Positions 51,056 to 61,600 of a DNA stretch of 64,000 nt are shown here, in pieces. The number at the start of each line of letters is the position of its first letter. The stretch's first letter is position 1. The DNA is from Nannocystales bacterium (GTDB lineage Bacteria > Myxococcota_A > Polyangia > Nannocystales > Nannocystaceae), in NCBI GenBank assembly GCA_050633305.1, contig JBOEGF010000005.1, positions 64,001 to 128,000 on the forward strand, given 5' to 3'. A program made the position numbers and the translations under genes. Below the pieces are notes generated by a model. It searched no databases. It was not told where the DNA came from and worked only from the letters and a program-made list of their open reading frames with translations.

Positions 51056-52242
51056 CGTGGGGCCTTGCGGTGCAATGCCCAGGCGCTTGCGTACAGCCCG
51101 GACCCGACCAGAGGTGTTGCGATGAGGACCACGAGGACGGTGCCGAACCCGTGTCGTTCCCACACCAGGCCGAGTGCGATCGGGGCCACGATCGCGGCGA
51201 GGCTGCGCATCGCGTCGGGGATCGCGAGGATGCGACCCCGCATCTGTTCGTCGACGCGGTTGGCGACGAATGTGGGGACCACCACCGAGCCGAGCATCTC
51301 TCCAAGCGTCCATAGGACGGTGCACAAGAGCAGCGCCGAGCTCGACACTCCGAAGGCCAAGACGGTGAGGCCCATCCCCCAGAGCACGCCTGCGAGTGTC
51401 ATCATCAGAAGCGGGTCACGTCCGGACACCGCGCGCTCGAGCGGGAGCCCGAGCAGCAAGATGCATGTGGCGTTGATCGTGTACACCACGCCCACGAGGA
51501 CCAACGGCTTGTGCAACACGGTGCCGACGAAGAGGGGGACCGTGTACTCCATCCCCATCAGCGGGGCGATGATGAAGAAGCTGGCACAACAAAACGCCAG
51601 AAGGCCGAGCGTCTTCGAAGACAACCTGAAGGTCGGGAGCGAGTTGTGGCTGGAGGGGCGGACCCGCCGAGCTTGGGTCGATGCGCTCGCGATGAAGGCC
51701 GCGCACACCGCCGTGGTGGCGACGTCGCCGATGAACAGCCAGTGGAACGATGCCGCCGCGAGTACGCCTCCAAGCAGCGGCCCCAGCCCCATCCCCACGT
51801 TGATGCAGATGTAGTTGACCGTGTACGCAAGCTGCCGCTGCGCGCCCTCGGTGAGGTCGGCGATCCACGCATTGGCGGCGGGCGTGTACATGCCTCCACC
51901 GACCGATGCCATCGAAAGGGCCAGCGCGTAGGCCGTCGGTGAAGGCAGACCGGACCCCAGCAGAGCCATGCCTGCTGCATTGATTGCGAGCCCAAGCAAC
52001 AACGTCGTCTTTCGACCCACCCGATCTGCGAGCCATCCGCCCGCGAGGTTTCCGAGCAGCAAGCCCACACCGCCGGCCGCGATGATGCGACCGGTGACGG
52101 ACAAGGAGAGCCCGCGGTCCTGCGACAGGTAGAGCGTCAGGTACGGGACGACAAACGTGCCGAGCCGGGTCGCGACGGTTCCCGCGTACAGCGGGAGGAG
52201 ACCTGAGGGGAGGGACCGGAGTCGGCGCGGCAGACTATTCAC
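51052..52242 (-). CDS. MFS transporter (drug:H+ antiporter-like)
   Basis: GTFVVPYLTLYL, GGWLADRVGRK motif A, INVGMGLGPLLGG; start overlaps the radical SAM stop. Confidence 0.9.
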   Translation of the reverse strand: MNSLPRRLRSLPSGLLPLYAGTVATRLGTFVVPYLTLYLSQDRGLSLSVTGRIIAAGGVGLLLGNLAGGWLADRVGRKTTLLLGLAINAAGMALLGSGLPSPTAYALALSMASVGGGMYTPAANAWIADLTEGAQRQLAYTVNYICINVGMGLGPLLGGVLAAASFHWLFIGDVATTAVCAAFIASASTQARRVRPSSHNSLPTFRLSSKTLGLLAFCCASFFIIAPLMGMEYTVPLFVGTVLHKPLVLVGVVYTINATCILLLGLPLERAVSGRDPLLMMTLAGVLWGMGLTVLAFGVSSSALLLCTVLWTLGEMLGSVVVPTFVANRVDEQMRGRILAIPDAMRSLAAIVAPIALGLVWERHGFGTVLVVLIATPLVGSGLYASAWALHRKAPR

Positions 52243-53683
52243 GACGCAACCAGCGGTGAGCGTGCTGTCGGTTGTTGAGGCCGTTGGTGTCCGGCGCGGT
52301 TCCGAGGGAGGCAGCGTGTCCGAGGGCTTCGCCTTCGGCGATGTAAGCATCGACCGCGGCGCGGCCGTCGGTGCTCTTGAGGTCGCGAACGAGCTGCCCC
52401 ATGAAGACCTCACCCAGCAACGAGAGCGCGAACCCATCTTCAGAGGCCGTGACCAGCCCTTCGTGTTGAAGCGCCTCGAACGTGCTGATCTGCTCGGGCG
52501 TCAAGGCGCCCTGCATAGCGTCCCAGCGGGCCCGGGGGAGGCCTTCCCACCGCAACGGGAAGGTCCAAAGTGCCATGTCTCGCTGGTGGACTGTGGAGCA
52601 CTTCGAAACACAGACCGGAAGTGTGTCGCGCCGGACGGCGTTGCTCCACGCGGCGACATCGACGAGATTCTCGAGTCGCACCCCGGGCAAACTGCTCACC
52701 GCCTGCGGACCGATGCCAAGCAGAAAGGTCTCGTAGCTCGCGGCCCCGATGCACTCATCGCCGGCCATGCGGAAGAGGACGCGTTGGGGGACCGCGCGTG
52801 GGTCGACGTAGGTGTTGGTACCTCGGCGAACCCAGCCCGATCGACGGAACGCTCCGTAGGTTTCCAGCCGCATCAGGGCTTGGTCCAGCGGGGGGGGGAC
52901 TGCTGGGGTCTTGCCGCTGTCGATCGCTGCCACCAGGGCAGGGGCTGCGCCGACAGTGAGCAAGTACGAACTGATCGCCGTGACCCGGGGGTCGGCGATC
53001 AGCGTCTCGAGATCGGCGGCGACACCTTCGCGGGTTTGGCCGGGCAGCCCTGTGATCAGGTCGGCATTGACGATCGGGATCCTTCCGTCCAACCACTCCA
53101 CAACCCGCTCCAGGTGGACGAGAGTCTTGGGTTGGCGGGTGTACCCACGCACGACCGGGTTGAGCGACTGCACGCCAAACGACACCTTCGATACGCCGTG
53201 CGCGACGAGCCGGTCGATGAACGATGGCTTCACGGTGGCCAGGGTGAACTCCACTCCCAAGTCGGTGTCGGGTCCGAACCCTGGGAGCGCCTTGACGGCT
53301 TCGAGCACCACGTCGATGCTGTCACCGAGTAGATCTGGGCTTCCGCCTCCGATGTTGACCGAGCGGATGGGCTGGCCCCGCATTGCGGTTCGCCCCCATG
53401 TGTTCTGGAGTTGGCGAACGAGGAGCGTGGCGTAGTCCTCGGCCTGTTTCCAGTCGAGGCTGTTGCCGCCGGAGAATGCACAGAACCGACAGCGCTGGGC
53501 GCAGTACGGAACGTGCAGGTAGAGCCGAAGCGAGGCGTCGGGTAGCGCGGGGGCGTGCTCGACGGCCTCTACCAGCCGACGTTCTGACAACGTCGGTGCA
53601 TCGGGCTGCATCCAATAGTCGATGGTGTTGCGCGCGAGCTGGTCGTAGCGCGTGCCGAGGAGCGCGGGGCGAGCATCCGTCAC
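52235..53683 (-). CDS. HemN-like radical SAM enzyme
   Basis: LYLHVPYCAQRCRFC, IGGGSP, VSFGVQS, NADLITGLPGQT, LLGIGPQAVS; AGGGAG RBS before GTG 53683. Confidence 0.85.
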   Translation of the reverse strand: MTDARPALLGTRYDQLARNTIDYWMQPDAPTLSERRLVEAVEHAPALPDASLRLYLHVPYCAQRCRFCAFSGGNSLDWKQAEDYATLLVRQLQNTWGRTAMRGQPIRSVNIGGGSPDLLGDSIDVVLEAVKALPGFGPDTDLGVEFTLATVKPSFIDRLVAHGVSKVSFGVQSLNPVVRGYTRQPKTLVHLERVVEWLDGRIPIVNADLITGLPGQTREGVAADLETLIADPRVTAISSYLLTVGAAPALVAAIDSGKTPAVPPPLDQALMRLETYGAFRRSGWVRRGTNTYVDPRAVPQRVLFRMAGDECIGAASYETFLLGIGPQAVSSLPGVRLENLVDVAAWSNAVRRDTLPVCVSKCSTVHQRDMALWTFPLRWEGLPRARWDAMQGALTPEQISTFEALQHEGLVTASEDGFALSLLGEVFMGQLVRDLKSTDGRAAVDAYIAEGEALGHAASLGTAPDTNGLNNRQHAHRWLRRE

Positions 53684-53868
53684 GCTCCCTTGATGTGGCG
53701 AACGCTGGCGGGTCTTGCAGTCAGCGTCGACAAACCTTGGTTTTCCTCGTCGTTGATTGCCGGAGAGGGCGGGGCCGACTCGTTCGCTGTCTCGAAGCGA
53801 GGATCCGAAATCGACCGGACCCGCCACTTTTTGGTGATCCGTTCATGCCGATCGGGACCTTGGGGTGC

Positions 53869-54393
53869 ATGAACAGGATTCACGTTCACGTCTCAGTCCT
53901 AGCGACATCTGCGCTGCTGACCCTGGCCGCTTGCGACGGCGCCGCCGGAGCGCCCGCCGGTGAGTTCGCGGTCGAGGAACTCGAGCAGGAGGAGCGACTG
54001 CTCTTCGTGACGAAGCCCTGGCACGGCCGCTGGGAGGGCCATATGACCACGTTGGACGGTCCTGACTACGACTCGACGCTGGTCATGAACCACTTTCAGT
54101 GCTTGAACAACCCGACCTGGGGCGACGACCTCACGGCCGAATGGGACTACTACACACTCGGGGTCCAGTGCACCAGCGACCTCTCCTACCTCGGGACGAG
54201 TCTCGCGCCGGACGGCACCAAGACCTACACGTTCCACGATTCCACGAAGTCTGGACCGTGCATGAATGGACTGGTGGACCTCCGGGAAACGGACACCCCC
54301 GGAGTCATGCTGCAGACGTGGCGGACCCTGGACAACACGATCGACGCGCAGGGACTCGTCGAAGTGCTCGGGAACTGTACTCAGCGCTTCTAG
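53869..54393 (+). CDS. Hypothetical lipoprotein
   Basis: LLTLAAC lipobox; beta-rich domain with four Cys. Confidence 0.7.
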   Translation: MNRIHVHVSVLATSALLTLAACDGAAGAPAGEFAVEELEQEERLLFVTKPWHGRWEGHMTTLDGPDYDSTLVMNHFQCLNNPTWGDDLTAEWDYYTLGVQCTSDLSYLGTSLAPDGTKTYTFHDSTKSGPCMNGLVDLRETDTPGVMLQTWRTLDNTIDAQGLVEVLGNCTQRF

Positions 54394-54548
54394 CCGCTCA
54401 CGAGCGCGCCGCCCCGGACTCTCGGGCGCGGCCTGAACGACGACCGGCATCGTGCCTGATGTCTGCCCTCCCGACCGTTCTGTAACGGTTTGGGAGGTTT
54501 CTGTGCGTCCGCTCGAGTCGGCGACGCTCTGCTTGGCTCCTCGTCTCG

Positions 54549-55310
54549 TCAGAGTCGAACGAGGTCGAGTGCCTGCGGCTGATCGAGGGGCGTGATCTCG
54601 TACAGGATGAACTCACCGACTTCGGCCCGGTGGATGTTGTACGGACTGCCCGGTGGAAGCTGGGGGTGCGGGTCGGTCCAGGACCGTTCGATGCAGATGA
54701 TCGCCTGCGCACCGGTTGGGGCGTAGCTGACGAGAAGTGCTCGGTCGGCTGGGAGGTCGAAGTCGCCGCAGTCGGTGCCCGTGCTGCCACCGCACTCTCC
54801 AAGTTGAATGACGCCGCCGCCCTCGACAAGCGTCGGCTCTCCACCTTCGACGGAGCATCGCTCGACGGGGTCCGGAGGTTCGCAGTCGATCTCACCGCTG
54901 GGCAGCGCGGCTCCGCGACTGAGGAACGTGTGCAGCTGAAAACCGGCGCGAGCGGCCGACGTCGGCGGGACGACCTCGTGTGGTCGGGGGGTCTTGGCGA
55001 TCAGGGGAGTGTCCAGCTCGGATGGCTCCGTCTGCTTCCAAGGGCGGGCGAGCAGAAGTAAGACGGCCGCAGCGACCGCGAACGCAACCGCAAAGCCCAC
55101 CGTCCATCCTCGGGGCCGGGCTGTTTCGATAGGGAGGACGGCAGATTCAGGCTCGAGCACCGGAGTCTCCGGCTCGGATTCCTGCGGAGCGGCAGCCTCC
55201 TGCAGCGCGGCAGCCTCCGCGATGCGTTGCTCGAGCGCACCCAAAGGCGGCGGCGAGAACTGACGCCGCAAAGAGGCCGCAATGGGATCGAACTCGCCGG
55301 GGTCGTTCAT
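54549..55310 (-). CDS. Putative single-TM anti-sigma factor
   Basis: ATGA overlap with sigma stop; TM AVAFAVAAAVLLLLA; Cys-containing extracytoplasmic domain. Confidence 0.7.
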   Translation of the reverse strand: MNDPGEFDPIAASLRRQFSPPPLGALEQRIAEAAALQEAAAPQESEPETPVLEPESAVLPIETARPRGWTVGFAVAFAVAAAVLLLLARPWKQTEPSELDTPLIAKTPRPHEVVPPTSAARAGFQLHTFLSRGAALPSGEIDCEPPDPVERCSVEGGEPTLVEGGGVIQLGECGGSTGTDCGDFDLPADRALLVSYAPTGAQAIICIERSWTDPHPQLPPGSPYNIHRAEVGEFILYEITPLDQPQALDLVRL

Positions 55311-55861
55311 TGCAGCGCCTCCTTGGGGTTCGTGTCGGATTCAGGCTCGAGGAGCGAGCGCATCTTGGCGCGTGCTCGGGAGACGTGACTCATGGCGGTA
55401 CCCGACGGGATCTCGAGCAGCTCCGCGATCTCGCCGTACTCCAACTCGACGACCGTCTTGAGGAGGAGACACGTACGCTGCGACTCGCTCAAGCTCGACA
55501 ATGCCCTTGCGACGTTGCGGTCGAACAATGCCTGCGGGTCTTGCGGAGGGGCTGGTGGCTGGGGGATGAGACTGGAGCCGTCTGCGTCGAGCGCTCGTTG
55601 TCGTCGGTGTGACTTCCGACGCTGGTTGAGCGCGAGGTAGCGGACGTACTGGCCCATCCACGCTGGGAAGCTTGAACCAGGGCGAAACGTGTCGAGCTTT
55701 CCCAGGGCCAACAAAGCGGCTTCTTGCACGATGTCCTCCCCTTGCGCTCGGTCGCCCACGACCCCGACCGCCACACACCACAACACCCGGGAGGACGCCC
55801 GGAAGAGCGTCGCGAACCGCGCAGGCGTGAGTGGAGCAGGCGAAGTGAAGGGCGAAGGCAT
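55307..55861 (-). CDS. ECF RNA polymerase sigma factor
   Basis: EDIVQEA...FRPGSSFPAWM; LSESQRTCLLL...LEYGEIAELLEIPSGTAMSHVSRAR. Confidence 0.9.
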   Translation of the reverse strand: MPSPFTSPAPLTPARFATLFRASSRVLWCVAVGVVGDRAQGEDIVQEAALLALGKLDTFRPGSSFPAWMGQYVRYLALNQRRKSHRRQRALDADGSSLIPQPPAPPQDPQALFDRNVARALSSLSESQRTCLLLKTVVELEYGEIAELLEIPSGTAMSHVSRARAKMRSLLEPESDTNPKEALQ

Positions 55862-56081
55862 GCGGAACGCAGGGCTGGTCCGGCGTCATGTCGCCAGGCC
55901 GGCGATGTCTTGCATCGAGACTCACATTTTTCGCGGCACAGTGCGGCAGGCGGCCGTTGGGCACTGATGCGCCCACTCCCCCAGCGAATTGGGCGCTCGG
56001 CCGTGGGGGCGGGGGACGGGTGGGACGACTTGTCTTTGAGGAATGCGGACCTCGCTGCTACCGTTTCCGCGGGTTATCAGG

Positions 56082-56687
56082 ATGAACACCCCAAACACAG
56101 AAGCATTCAATCCGTACGCCGCTCCAACGGCCGACACCCACCTCCCGCCCGGGGCGTCGCTCGGTGAGGAGGAGGTCGGCAGCTACTACGCGATGGGCGT
56201 TGCGAAGTTGTGGATCATGTCCGTTCTCAGCTTCGGGCTGTACAACTTCGCGTTCTTCTATCGACACTTCCGACATCTGCGGGACCACAAACAGCAAGAT
56301 GTGAGCCCCTTCTGGCGGGCCTTCTTTTCTCCGTTCATGTACTTCGGCCTCAACACGCAGGTGAAGGCGGCGGCCGAGTTCGCAGAGGTCCGTACCCCCG
56401 CTTTGTTGGGGGCAGCGCCCATCGTCTACTTCGTCGCGAACCTCGTGAGTCGTGCCGTCGATCGGATGCCAGACTCCGGCATGGAGCTGACGCTTGCCAG
56501 CTTCGCGCTCGTTCCGGTCATGACCTCCGCCTTGGCCGCGACGCAGACCGCTGCCAATCGAGTTCTGCAGAAGGAGGGGTACCGCGGCCCGGTCAATGAC
56601 GGGCCAACCACGGGGTCGATCGTGCTCGGGATCCTGTCTGGCCTCATGTGGGTCACCATCCTGCTGGGGTCCCTCGTCGTGTTCTAG
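56082..56687 (+). CDS. Membrane protein with NPYAAP N-terminus (DUF4234-like)
   Basis: FNPYAAP; KLWIMSVLSFGLY...FY; about 4 TM. Confidence 0.7.
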   Translation: MNTPNTEAFNPYAAPTADTHLPPGASLGEEEVGSYYAMGVAKLWIMSVLSFGLYNFAFFYRHFRHLRDHKQQDVSPFWRAFFSPFMYFGLNTQVKAAAEFAEVRTPALLGAAPIVYFVANLVSRAVDRMPDSGMELTLASFALVPVMTSALAATQTAANRVLQKEGYRGPVNDGPTTGSIVLGILSGLMWVTILLGSLVVF

Positions 56688-56725
56688 ACATGTCACCATG
56701 CTGCGGTCCGTAGACGCGTTGTGCC

Positions 56726-57745
56726 TCAGGGAGTGGCGCCCACGGGGACGTCGATTCCGCACAGCCAGGCGAGAGACGCGATGAGGATCGTGTACTGGAG
56801 CAAGGTGCGTCGGTCGCCCATCGCGGGTGCTTGTCCAAACGAGCGAACGACGGCCGCGACGACGAGCAGCCCCAGGAGACCCTCGGCCGTCAAAAACCAT
56901 GCGAGTCCCAATACACTCGTCGCGATCCAGCGCTGCGAGCGATTGAGTGCGCCGAATCCACGGCCGCCGTCGAGCGGCCCGACTGGAAGCAGGTTGAACA
57001 GGTTGATCCACGCCCCGAATCGGGCGATCGCAGCGAAGCTGGGCCAATCGCCAACCGCATAGATACCCAGAGCCAGCAACGCCGCGCCCGTTCCCCACAG
57101 CGGACCCGCCATGCCGACCCTGGCGTGTTCCATTTCGTTGGCCGGGTATTGCTCGAGCCGTACGAACGCCCCCAACCCGGGGACGAAGGCGGGGGCAGAG
57201 GCTGCGATGCCGAACCGGCGCAAGGCGATCACGTGCCCGATCTCGTGTACGTAGATCGACACGATGAGACCCACGGCGAACTTCCAGCCCCACGCGGCCC
57301 AGTAGACGCCGAACGAGGCGAGCACACCTGCGAGCGTTCCTAGTTTCGTGAACCCGAACAGCAGCGCCTTGCCCTTGGTCGCAGCGAACACGAGAACAGC
57401 CTTGAATTTCCACAGAAGCAGCGCGAGACCACCGATGCCTGCCGCTCCCTTGGTCCAGGCTGCCCCGGGGGAGAGCGGAGACGTGTCAACGGCGCGGCCA
57501 AGGACCTCGATGCGGGAGCGAATCACCGACGCCTGACGTGCGTCGGGCGGGAGGAGTGTGAGGGCTTCCCGCCAGGCGGTCAGCTCGGCGGTTGCACTCT
57601 CCGCCTGCTTCGCCGCCGTGGCGAGGTCACGAAGTCGATCTCCATGAACCAGGCGTCCACAGACCGGACACGCCAGCATTTTCGGAGCGACCTGGCTCTT
57701 GCAGCCGGGACACTGGGCTCCGAGAGGAGCTTGCTCGTCGCTCAC
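56726..57745 (-). CDS. Site-2 protease (peptidase M50) with N-terminal zinc ribbon
   Basis: HEIGH, AGP, NLFNLLPVGPLDGG; CPGC...CPVC. Confidence 0.9.
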   Translation of the reverse strand: MSDEQAPLGAQCPGCKSQVAPKMLACPVCGRLVHGDRLRDLATAAKQAESATAELTAWREALTLLPPDARQASVIRSRIEVLGRAVDTSPLSPGAAWTKGAAGIGGLALLLWKFKAVLVFAATKGKALLFGFTKLGTLAGVLASFGVYWAAWGWKFAVGLIVSIYVHEIGHVIALRRFGIAASAPAFVPGLGAFVRLEQYPANEMEHARVGMAGPLWGTGAALLALGIYAVGDWPSFAAIARFGAWINLFNLLPVGPLDGGRGFGALNRSQRWIATSVLGLAWFLTAEGLLGLLVVAAVVRSFGQAPAMGDRRTLLQYTILIASLAWLCGIDVPVGATP

Positions 57746-58566
57746 GTGCTCTCAGCTGGCTGAGCACCCACCGAATGAGGCCCGGTGATCTCGAACTCGA
57801 GGTGCTTGTTCATCTTCCACGCCTGGTAGACGCCGAACCCGATGATCAGGATGCCCATGATGTTCTCGAGTCCGGCGAGAAAAGGGGCCACGAAGGCGAC
57901 GCCGAACACAAACACGAACGCCAGCAAGAGTTCAGAGGCCGACGGTGGGACTTCGGGCGTGGGCTCCGCTGACGCGTCGGGAGGAGCGACCGCGGCATCG
58001 GTCGACTCTGCGGCCGAGATGTCCGCAGCGGCCACATCCATCTCCATCTCCTCTTGTTGGGCCTCCTCGATCCCCTCGATGACGAAGGGGACGTACGTTG
58101 TCACGATGGCGCAGTAGGTCAGACCCGCAGCCAGGAACTGATAGCGTTTACCGCCGCCGGGGCCGGACGCAGCGCGGACAGCTGCGCCCACCATGAACCC
58201 GATGAGAATCGACACCAAGCCGATCTCGTAGTCGGTGACCGCCAGGATCGCGTAGTAGATCGCGCTTCCCAACATGGCCGTAGGCACTCCGTACGCAAGC
58301 GCCCGAACGAATCGCGCCGGCTGAGTTCGAGCCTCGACGGTGGTGACCAGTTCGTCCTTGCAGGAGCCGCACAACGCGGTGTCACCCACGGCGTAGTAGG
58401 CCTGACTCAACCGCGTGCTGCAGCTGTCGCACTCGAGGAACACGTCGTCCCAGGCACTGTGGTCCGTGGGCGAGGGGGTACTCGGCGCTTCTGAAGCGGC
58501 TTCTGCGTGGTCGAACTGAAGATCCGACGTTTCGCCGGCGGGTGGTGTTTCGCTGGATTCGATCAT
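57742..58566 (-). CDS. Membrane protein with N-terminal zinc finger
   Basis: CDSC...CGSC, about 5 TM; GTGA-coupled to the site-2 protease. Confidence 0.75.
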   Translation of the reverse strand: MIESSETPPAGETSDLQFDHAEAASEAPSTPSPTDHSAWDDVFLECDSCSTRLSQAYYAVGDTALCGSCKDELVTTVEARTQPARFVRALAYGVPTAMLGSAIYYAILAVTDYEIGLVSILIGFMVGAAVRAASGPGGGKRYQFLAAGLTYCAIVTTYVPFVIEGIEEAQQEEMEMDVAAADISAAESTDAAVAPPDASAEPTPEVPPSASELLLAFVFVFGVAFVAPFLAGLENIMGILIIGFGVYQAWKMNKHLEFEITGPHSVGAQPAEST

Positions 58567-58692
58567 GGGAGTCCTTCCCGTCGGGCAACCGGGGTCACCG
58601 CGTCCGGGACTCTATCAGGCCCTTTTTGCGAGTCGACCGAATCCGTCGTGAAGGGGCCGGGGCAGTGGCCCTGGCGGGCTTGCGAGCCGGTG

Positions 58693-61600
58693 CTATCGGC
58701 GCTCGGCCAGCCACGCATCAGCCTCGCGCACGCTCTCCTCGAGCTCGAGCGCTGCGAACTGCTCCCGTGCGGTCTGCATCCACACCCGTGCGTCGCGGGC
58801 GCGGCTCTTGTCTGTCTGAGACTGCAAAGCGAGCGCCTGATGGAACCGGGCGGTTGTCGTGGTTGGGGGGCGGCTCCCGACGTCGGGCTCGAGCGCGAGG
58901 AGGGCGGCGAACCCTTCCTCCTGGGCCCCAGCGAGGGCCAGATACTGCGCTCGGTCTAGCTTCATCCGCAACGTGGTGTCGCTGTCGGGTTCGGCGTTGG
59001 AGCGGGCGATCGCGGTATCACACGCGGCTCGCGTGGCTTCGACATCGCGGCGCGCCGCCTCCAAGGAACACTTCACGAAGTACATCCAGGACAGGCTCGG
59101 GCTCGCCGCTCCGTGGGCTTCGACCTCGTCTTGGATGAGGCTCTGGACGAGCGGTGCCGCTTCCGCGGGGCGGTCGAGGGCGATCAACCACTCGGCTTGT
59201 TGGGAGTCGGGTATCTGGGTGGGCTGACCAGCTGCTTCGAGCACGGCGCTGGAGCGCTTGGCGAACTCCAGCGCGTCCTCGTAGCGCTCGGCAGCGCCCT
59301 CGATCGCGGACAGCGTGGAGAGCGTACCTCCGTAGCCATAGTGCGCGGTGCCGTGTGTTTCGGCGACGAGCGCGAGCGCTCGCTCGGCTTCCGCGCGGGC
59401 CTCGTCGTACAGCTCCATCGATTTATACGCGTGGGCGAGTGAGCGGTGGCTCTCGATCAGGTCGGGGTGGCTGGGCCCGAGCTCTTGGGCGCTGACCTCG
59501 ATGACCTCCTTCAGACGAGGGATGACCCCTTCGATGTCGCCCGAGAGGCGCTTGAACATGATGAGGGACTCGCTCGTTGTGGCCCATCGCATCGGATCGA
59601 CGTCGCGAGGGGTCATCGCGAGGCCGCGTTCCGCGAACTCGATCGCCTTGGGCAAGTCGTCGGCGTAGAACGCCGCGATACCAGCATTGGTGTACAGCGT
59701 GCCCCGGACCGGGTCTGAGAGCGTCGTTCCGTCGAGCGCAGCTTCGGCGCGCTTGAAGAGAGGCTCGACCTGCGGCCACGGAGTCCGTTGGCGAGCCTTC
59801 GCGTAGATGTGGAGGATCAGTGCTCGCGCGACGACGCTGTTGTATCGGGACGCGATGCCGTGGAGCTCGGCCTGCTCGAACTGGGTCACGGCCTCGTCCT
59901 CGCGGGCCATGTTCACCAGCAGTCGACCTCGCGCGTAGGCGACCTCGGCTTCGAGCGGGCGAAACCCCAACGCCGTCGCCTCGTCCACGTGCGCATCGAT
60001 CACGGCGAGTCCCTCGCTGTACCGGCCGAGTCGGTGCTCGGCGTCGGCAAGCAGCGTCGCGTCTCGGATGATGGCGACGCGTTTTGCGATCGGCTCCGGG
60101 GGGATCGGCGCTTGTTCTGCGCTGAGCTGTGCATCGTCGCTGCAAGACGCCACGTTGGGCAGGCCTGCAATGGTCTGTGTCGCCCGCCGGACGATTTTAT
60201 CGTCGGCCTGCATGAGCCCCTCGATCACACCACGGGTGACGATGCGAGCGCGTCCCAAGCATTGACGCTGCAGCGCGGCTCGGTCCGCGTCGAGCTCCGA
60301 TTTTGCGACCGCGCGACATAGGGTCTGCTCCTGCTCGCCCCACGCTTGGGTGTACGTGTCGAGGCGTCCGCGAACGTTCTCGGCGATCGTCGGAGCGGTC
60401 CGCAGGCCCGAGCCCTCAAAGGCCGCGGTGAGGCGCTCGGCGGTGTCTTCGTTCCAGGCCTCGCCGAGCCCGGTGAGTTCCGCACAGGTCGCGGATGCGG
60501 CTGTCGCGGGATCGGGCGCGCGGACCGCCATCACCGTCAGCGGAAGCGCCACCGCTCCCAGTCCGGCGACGATGCCCCAGGAGGCGCGCCGTGCTCCCAT
60601 GGGGGCGAGCGCGCTCAGCAACGCCTGCATCGAGGGAAAGCGGTCTTCGGGTCTTTTCGCCAATCCCCGAAGGAGCGCGGCTCGAACGCGCCGGGGAAGC
60701 GGAGGCGTTGTGGGCACGGTGGGCGTTGGCGTTTCGCACACCGCGTGCGCGAGCGAGGCCAGGGTGCGCGCCTCGAAGGGGCGAACCCCAAAGAGGGCCT
60801 CCCAAAGCACGACGCAGAACGCGAACTGGTCGCACGCCGGACCGACCCTCACGCGTGAAAACTGCTCCGGCGCCATGTAGGCGGGCGTGCCGACGAACGC
60901 ACCGCTCTTGGTCAGCTCGTGGAGACGCTCGCCGTCGGTCGACTCGGAAGGCTCGCCATCGAGCGTGGGCGCGGCGGCTTCGGAAGCCTCGGTGACCATG
61001 CTCCACCGTGCCAAACCGAAGTCGGTGACGAACACCCGGCCTTTGTCACTGAGCAACACGTTGTCCGGCTTGAAGTCGCGGTGCACCAGACCGGCCTCGT
61101 GGGCAGCGGCCAGCCCACGGCCGGCCGCGATCAAGGTGGGGCCGACCTCTTTCCAGGTGCGCCGGGGACCCTTCATCCACCCCTTGAGCGTCCCCGCGTC
61201 GACGTACTCCATCGCGACGAAGACCTGTTTGTTCCACGTGCCCACGTCGTGGACCGCGATCACGTTGGGATGGGAGAGCTTGGCCATCGCTCGCGCCTCG
61301 CGAAGCAGACGCGTGCTCTGTTCGTCGTCATCGCGACCGCGTCGTCGGATGACCTTCACTGCGACTTTCCGATCCAGTTGAGGATCGTGGGCCAGGTACA
61401 CGATGCCCATGCCACCCATGCCCAAGACGTCCAAGACCCGGTAGCGGCCGACCGACGCCCCCACAGCGACGGGGTCCGGCATCGGGTCGGGCCCGTCCAC
61501 CGATACCGCGGTGTCTCTGGGGAGGGTCGCTTCGTTGTCCCCGGCGAACACCTTCACCAACTCGGACACCACAGCGCGGCATCCCGAGCAGTCGTCGAGA

